From: an uncultured Acidobacteriota bacterium
GTDB lineage: Bacteria; Acidobacteriota; UBA6911
DNA: 64,000 bases
Reading direction: 5' to 3'
Assembly (NCBI GenBank): GCA_963809485.1
Contig: CAWEJX010000020.1
Location: forward strand, 320,001 to 384,000
Shown: in pieces, positions 59,035 to 64,000 of the stretch
Position numbering within the stretch: the stretch's first letter is position 1
Layout: every line of letters begins with the position of its first letter
Made by a program: the position numbers and the translations under genes
Notes under the pieces: generated by a model
Told to the model about the DNA's origin: nothing
What the model saw: the letters and a program-made list of their open reading frames with translations, nothing else
The model's database searches: none

Positions 59035-59265
59035 GACCTCGTGATGGGTACGCCGGTCCGTTACGGGCTGCGATTTGGTTTGAACTGCCCGGAGACGCCG
59101 GTAGGCCCCAACCCGCGCGCCTTCGCCTGGGGAGGGTGGGGCGGCTCGAACATGGTTGTTCACCTCGATGCCAGACTCAGCTGGGGTTACGCGATGAACA
59201 ATAGGTCCGCCTCTCTTTCGGACAATCGCGCCTTTGGAGGCGCAAAGGCGCTGTACGTCGGCTAA
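59035..59265 (+). pseudogene. C-terminal remnant of an EstB/beta-lactamase-family serine hydrolase
   Basis: DLVMG.P.RYGL.F, PNPRAFAWGGWGGS....D..L...YAMN; the N-terminal catalytic part is absent. Confidence 0.7.
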
Positions 59266-59314
59266 CATACGGTGGAATTGCCGCCGAATGCCCACAATCC
59301 CATGCCGGGATCCG

Positions 59315-59716
59315 CTAACCGCCAATAGGGGAACCCAGTTCAATGATCGAGCCCTCGATGGCTCTCACATAAGCGACAACCTGGCCCCACGGCTTCTGCT
59401 CCGGCTCTTTGACCGGGACGGCCCCGGCCGCTACCGCTATCTTATAGGCGGCTTCCACGTCCTCCGCAATAAACGACAGTTCCATTCCTAAAGGATTTTC
59501 CTGGGGATTCGCACTTATGTACCTGCCGCCGAGGTTAGCGTCGCCCAATTTATGCGAGGCAAAAGCCAGGATAGTTTCGCCCGTTGCCAGCTCTCCATAG
59601 TCTCCGGACTCGAGGATCAGTTTCACATCGAGGCCAAAGGCTCTTTTGTAGAATTCCAGTGTTTCCGCCACCGACGAGACATAAACAATCGTATATCCGT
59701 ATTTCATTTTTGCCAT
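59315..59716 (-). CDS. VOC/glyoxalase family protein
   Basis: YTIVYV..V..TLEFY..AFG, DYGELATG, EQKPWGQ.VAYVR. Confidence 0.88.
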   Translation of the reverse strand: MAKMKYGYTIVYVSSVAETLEFYKRAFGLDVKLILESGDYGELATGETILAFASHKLGDANLGGRYISANPQENPLGMELSFIAEDVEAAYKIAVAAGAVPVKEPEQKPWGQVVAYVRAIEGSIIELGSPIGG

Positions 59717-60014
59717 CCGGTTCAGGATCAGACTGATTTGCACGCCCGCGCCCTGAAGGTCCGCCCTCATCAGCGTGTGACAGCATTGCCAAACAATGGA
59801 GCTATCATACACCATGAGCTCCTCGCCAAGGCCGCAAGTTTGCCGGTCTGTCATGCGCCCGGTGTTTCTTGGAATATCGTGCCTTGCAGATTATTCTTGT
59901 TGTCCGGGATTTGAGTGCCTATAAATGGAATAGGAGCCGTTCAGGAGCCCGCCGGCCAGGCGGAGCTTCAGGTTGCAGATGTAATCCGTCCTTCTTCCGG
60001 GGGGGAAATCCATT

Positions 60015-60923
60015 ATGTCCCAACTGTTCATTGGCTATGCCGAAAAGGATCGCCCATTTGTTCTTCACCTGGTCCATGACCTGGAATATCTCAGTAAAGA
60101 CCTGACGATCGACTTCGTCATGATAAAGAGGGAGGACTCGATCATCGAGAAGGTCAAAGAGAGAATGGACGACGCAGACTTCGTAGCGGCCGTAGTCTCA
60201 AGCAATTCCGTTCGCCTGCCTCTTTTCGGCCGCGACCTTGCTACCATGACGAACCAGGAGATATTCGGAAGACCGGTGAGGATCCTGCCGATCCTGCTGG
60301 GCAAGTGCCAAGTTCCGCAATATCTCTCGGACAAGTATCATGCGGATTTTCGGGCTTGCGATTTCTACCTCCAAAGCCTTGCGGGACTGGCGCAGCAATT
60401 GAACATCGATTTCGAACCGTCACGGCCTCCATGGATTCCCGGCGATTCAGAGTATTTCTCAAAATTGCATGATGCCAACAGGGCACGGGGCGAGTTATAC
60501 AACCGGCTCGGCATGAAAATCATGGATTGGGCGGGCAACTATTACAGTAAGCCCCACTACGAGCTTTTTCCTGAAGACTGGCGCAGAGCAGATGACGGAG
60601 CCACCTACGCATGCGACACCGGCAACTATAAATTGTATCAGGACTCAATGAACAACTTGGACAGGATAGAAGCTCGATATTCGGATTTTATGCATCTTTT
60701 TACGCCACGCGGCGTTTTGCAGCGCGAAGCGGTCCGGCTCTTTAGCGAAGCTGCCGGTCTTGGAGACCTCGAGGCCGTATGGAACCTCGGATGGAGATAC
60801 GAGCTGGGCGAGGGAGTCGGGAAAAATCACGATCGTGCAGTGCTGCTGTGGCAGAGGGCTGCGCATTGCAGCCACCGGGCATCAGCCGCCAAGCTAAGAG
60901 AGCTCGGATTGCCCGTGGAATGA
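60015..60923 (+). CDS. TIR domain plus SEL1-like repeat protein
   Basis: LFIGYA..D..FV..L..DL, DSIIEKV, VVSSNSV, ILPILL..C.VP..L.DK..ADF; C-terminal A..NLG.RYE.GEGV.K....A..W..AA. Confidence 0.75.
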   Translation: MSQLFIGYAEKDRPFVLHLVHDLEYLSKDLTIDFVMIKREDSIIEKVKERMDDADFVAAVVSSNSVRLPLFGRDLATMTNQEIFGRPVRILPILLGKCQVPQYLSDKYHADFRACDFYLQSLAGLAQQLNIDFEPSRPPWIPGDSEYFSKLHDANRARGELYNRLGMKIMDWAGNYYSKPHYELFPEDWRRADDGATYACDTGNYKLYQDSMNNLDRIEARYSDFMHLFTPRGVLQREAVRLFSEAAGLGDLEAVWNLGWRYELGEGVGKNHDRAVLLWQRAAHCSHRASAAKLRELGLPVE

Positions 60924-61081
60924 TATGGCGCGGCGCCATCAAGGAGTGCCCTGCGCAGGATCGGGTATCCTCCGGCAGAGCCGGAAGCCTTTCGTTTGAT
61001 GGTTCCTCAAGGGCGCCTGCCCAAAATCGATAAAAGCTTCAAGAGTTATGCGGGCAATAAATGCCTTCAAGGCTTTTTGAG

Positions 61082-61240
61082 CCGCAGAATATCGAATAAA
61101 GAATTATGAATTTCGAAGTCCTTCTGCAGTTCGACATTCAAAATTCGATATTCAGCATTTCGCTGTCGAATCCCGTGGAAAAAACATGCTCCGGTATCAG
61201 TCAAACGAATGCCGCCCCACCGGCAGAGTCGGTGGATCTC
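61082..61240. repeat. Partial family A element plus terminal hairpin
   Basis: ccgcagaatatcgaataa...tcgaagt..cttctgcagttcga..., and gtcaaac...ccaccggcagagtcggtgg. Confidence 0.65.
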
Positions 61241-61260
61241 CCTTTGGATTAGGGCTATGG

Positions 61261-63153
61261 CTAAATGCGCCACTGAGCCAGTCGCGTCATCAGGGTTTCG
61301 CCCTCCGGATGAAAGCGCACCGTTTTGCTTACAAATACACGCCTTCGCAGTCGCGTTATGAACTCCCGGGGAATGACGGAGAGCGGCTGAAGGATGATTC
61401 TCACGGACTTCTTCTCCGCCAGTTTCAGAAGATCCTGTGAAGGTTCCCAGCCGTCACAGGCGGCGATGAGGACAATCCCGGCAGGTGCCCAGCGCACAGC
61501 CCAGGCGGCGCATACCTGAAGCGGGGGGAAAGGGCGCAGTTCAGAATCGCACCCGGGAAGCGTCCGGTTCATTTGATCGCGTTGAAGCCTCCGAGCCACC
61601 GCAGCGTATCGATCCGGGCCGGGCTCCTCAGGGCCGGAGTATAACAGCGCAATCGAGGATGCGTCGTCATAGCAGGCATCCGGTGGGCCATAAGGAACTA
61701 CCGCCCTTCTCGTTGCCAGAAGGGTGTGAATGACGTCGGGTTTCGGGTCTTCATTGTGATCCCATTCCAATCCCAGTTGCTGCCTTCTCGCCGTGGCATT
61801 GGTTTCCTCCACGCTCCGGACATCATGATCGCTTTCCAGCCGCAATATGAAGACCACGGGCGTGAACTCATCGAGCAAGCCTTCCAACGGCGGATCCAGT
61901 GTGGCTTGGCGAACGCTTTGCCGAAATATTTCGCCAACCCGGGCATAAAAGGCAAAATTCTGCGGTATCGACCAGCGGCAATCCATAAAGGACGGCGATG
62001 GAATTTTGGCCTCCATCCGGCTGATCCACGGTGCGGAATCAGGCCCCCAGAACTTGCGCTGCTCGAGTTCAGGTCCCGCATAGAAAGATTCTTTCTCGGC
62101 TGCAGCAAGCGGGTAATACGGAATTGCATGGGCCGAGTCCGGCAGGGTGAATGCGGATGCCGGTTCTTCTTCGATGTGATCATCTTTTATGGCGCTGAAT
62201 GCAGGCAGATAGCCGGTGGCGTGGTCCAGAGCTGGCATCGGATAATCCAGCAATGATTTTGCAAGCCCGGTGACCCTCTCATGTCCATATAGGGCTTCCG
62301 ATCTTTCCAGGACATCCATCGCGGCCCGCGGCGTTCCGGATGGCAGCTTGGTACCCGCACAACCATGTCTTCGAAGAAGGGCCAACAGCTGCGATCGTTT
62401 ATGGAACTTTTCCGTTTTCCCCGCCTGAACATGTCCGAAAAACCGGAGATTCAGGGCCGGGAAATCGTCCATAAACCCGCAACTCCATAGCTGCTGCGGA
62501 TCCTCAAAAATCAGGGCAATGGGGGTCTGCAAGGGATCCGGATTCTCAAACGGTTCTTCCGAACCCAGCATTTTTTTCACCCAACGCCATCGTTTCCATT
62601 CGCACACAAATAAAATCCGTCGGCACCCATCCATCAAATGCTGCAAACGGTACGCAATCCTCGCGGCAGATGCCGGATTATTTTGCCGCGCGCCCGAATC
62701 CGGCCCCCGCTCATCCCATACTCCATTAAAATATGAATCCAAAGATATATGGCTCAGTTCCCAATCATCCAGTAACCCGGCGTCGCCGGCGCATAGCAGC
62801 GGCTCCGGATCAAAGCCCTCGTCAATGCATTCAAAGGGAATATTTCGGGCCCTTGCCTGATGCGCTGCAAGCATCGGAGCGTCGGTCACAACAAACGGCA
62901 GAAAGCGGATTCCATGCGACGGGTGGCTGATAAAAAGGGCTGTGGCCAATGGAAAGGATTGGAGCGCGGCATCAAGCAGCCGGCTTTTATTGAGGTAAAG
63001 CGGCAAATCGACCGCCAGAATATCGGGCTGAAGCGTCTGGACCGCGTGCGCCGCAGCCTGCGCGAACATTAAACGGCCATGGACATAGGGGACCACAAAC
63101 AGTTTCGGGAAGTCTGGAAACGTCAATGGACGCGGAATTGCACACTTGCGCAT
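61261..63153 (-). CDS. Conserved ~630-aa hypothetical protein with TraB/ChaN-like N-terminus, paralogue of 41089-42999
   Basis: VVPYVHGRLMFA, LAVDLP, PFVVTDA, LFVCEW, EDPQQLWSCGFMDDF, LLDYPMP, TPVVF, AAWA shared with the first copy. Confidence 0.7.
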   Translation of the reverse strand: MRKCAIPRPLTFPDFPKLFVVPYVHGRLMFAQAAAHAVQTLQPDILAVDLPLYLNKSRLLDAALQSFPLATALFISHPSHGIRFLPFVVTDAPMLAAHQARARNIPFECIDEGFDPEPLLCAGDAGLLDDWELSHISLDSYFNGVWDERGPDSGARQNNPASAARIAYRLQHLMDGCRRILFVCEWKRWRWVKKMLGSEEPFENPDPLQTPIALIFEDPQQLWSCGFMDDFPALNLRFFGHVQAGKTEKFHKRSQLLALLRRHGCAGTKLPSGTPRAAMDVLERSEALYGHERVTGLAKSLLDYPMPALDHATGYLPAFSAIKDDHIEEEPASAFTLPDSAHAIPYYPLAAAEKESFYAGPELEQRKFWGPDSAPWISRMEAKIPSPSFMDCRWSIPQNFAFYARVGEIFRQSVRQATLDPPLEGLLDEFTPVVFILRLESDHDVRSVEETNATARRQQLGLEWDHNEDPKPDVIHTLLATRRAVVPYGPPDACYDDASSIALLYSGPEEPGPDRYAAVARRLQRDQMNRTLPGCDSELRPFPPLQVCAAWAVRWAPAGIVLIAACDGWEPSQDLLKLAEKKSVRIILQPLSVIPREFITRLRRRVFVSKTVRFHPEGETLMTRLAQWRI

Positions 63154-63244
63154 GGCTGTACCTCTTTGTTAAATGCATTGAGTCGCACTCCCCTCAATAA
63201 TCAGCATTGATCAGCACTGTCGTCATCCCACACCACCGTCGCCA

Positions 63245-63442
63245 AGTCAGGCACCTCCGGCAAAGCCGGAGGCAATATTTGAACCGCTCTGAGCCGTTGG
63301 AGGAGTTATGCCGATCTTGAACGCTGACATACGCGAGCAAAAGCCGATGAGGCGCTTCCGATCCCCGCCGGACAAATCGGCGTTTGTCAGCGTTTTTTGT
63401 CAGCGTATCTCAGCGTTTCAAAATACGGAGCTGTCAAACTCT
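63245..63442. repeat. Dispersed non-coding element, family B copy 2
   Basis: Direct repeat of 40842-41028; its right end overlaps the stop codon of PafA copy 3. Confidence 0.85.
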
Positions 63443-64000
63443 GTGCGGCTGCCCGCCTGCCGCAACCTCCTCCATGATAGAATCAAAATGCGCATTGCGG
63501 TCCGATTCCGCCCTGGTTTCCGCTGACACCCACCTTTCAGCCGCACAGAACGGATCCGAGAGATCGATATAGCGCCGGTTTTCCGGATCCCGGACCGATT
63601 GCCAGGAACAGGTTACCCCCGGATGATTGTGCAGCTTTTGTACAGCCTTTCCGCGAATTGCCGCGCGGCCGCTGGCCGGGGGCTCGGTCATTGCGGTTTC
63701 AATCTCACTTGGGGCAAGGATCCTGTGCTCCAGCATCCCAGTCTGATCGAGCTGCTGATATAAGCCGCGGGGGCCTATCTGGGCGAGGCGCAGGTCCACT
63801 TCCAGCAGTTTATGACGCATTGAATCCGGAGTCTGGAGATCGCCCCAGGTCATGCCGGTCCTGCGCAATTCCGCAGTCAGCATAGCCGCGGTTTCCAGGA
63901 CAGGACTTCCGGGGCCGATGAGGAATTTCAAGTCCGGCAAATGATTGACATAGGAAGTTCCTTCAAGGGCTTCGTATAACCGGTGCTCAATCCCATTTGC
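63434..64000 (-). CDS. PafA-like protein, copy 3 (C-terminal part; 5' end beyond the window)
   Basis: Frame open to the window edge; IGPGSPV, LLEVDLR..QIG..G....LD..G.L.H, PPASGRAAIRG, CSW, IDLSDPF match copies 1 and 2. Confidence 0.85.
   Translation of the reverse strand, partial: ANGIEHRLYEALEGTSYVNHLPDLKFLIGPGSPVLETAAMLTAELRRTGMTWGDLQTPDSMRHKLLEVDLRLAQIGPRGLYQQLDQTGMLEHRILAPSEIETAMTEPPASGRAAIRGKAVQKLHNHPGVTCSWQSVRDPENRRYIDLSDPFCAAERWVSAETRAESDRNAHFDSIMEEVAAGGQPHRV

Noticed and set aside
54051-60923. CBASS/Pycsar/Thoeris call from E1, E2, JAB and TIR
   Set aside because: No CD-NTase or cyclase and no ThsA-like effector; E1 and E2 are separate genes with their own Ubl; the TIR lacks the catalytic Glu.

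Overview
GC-rich bacterial window (anaerobe-type gene content; taxonomy not determinable from the sequence alone). 1-35 kb holds ordinary metabolic and accessory genes: aldehyde:ferredoxin oxidoreductase, SPFH plus ribbon-helix-helix pair, transporters, a DsrM/DsrK/DsrC-like module without dsrAB, PanE, a frameshifted GH106, qNOR, multiheme cytochromes, three related cupin-like proteins and several gene remnants. 35.5-40.8 kb is a stripped-down dcw cluster (mraZ-ftsL-ftsI-ftsW-ftsA, with no rsmH, mur genes, ftsQ or ftsZ). The main result is at 41-64 kb. One compact minus-strand operon (58818->48654) encodes a full eukaryote-like ubiquitination set (FHA-like/RING E3, E1, HPN-type E2, Ubl ending AG, JAB/JAMM protease) directly followed by a full pupylation set (ARC/Mpa ATPase, Dop-like, Pup-like protein ending GGQ, PafA-like ligase). 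It is flanked by two more PafA paralogues, each paired with the same ~630-aa conserved protein, plus an M50 protease, a SorC-like regulator and a degenerate TIR-SEL1 gene. No 20S proteasome genes are visible in the window. A family of short hairpin-ended non-coding repeats is scattered through the window. All product calls come from motif recognition by eye; no database searches were run.
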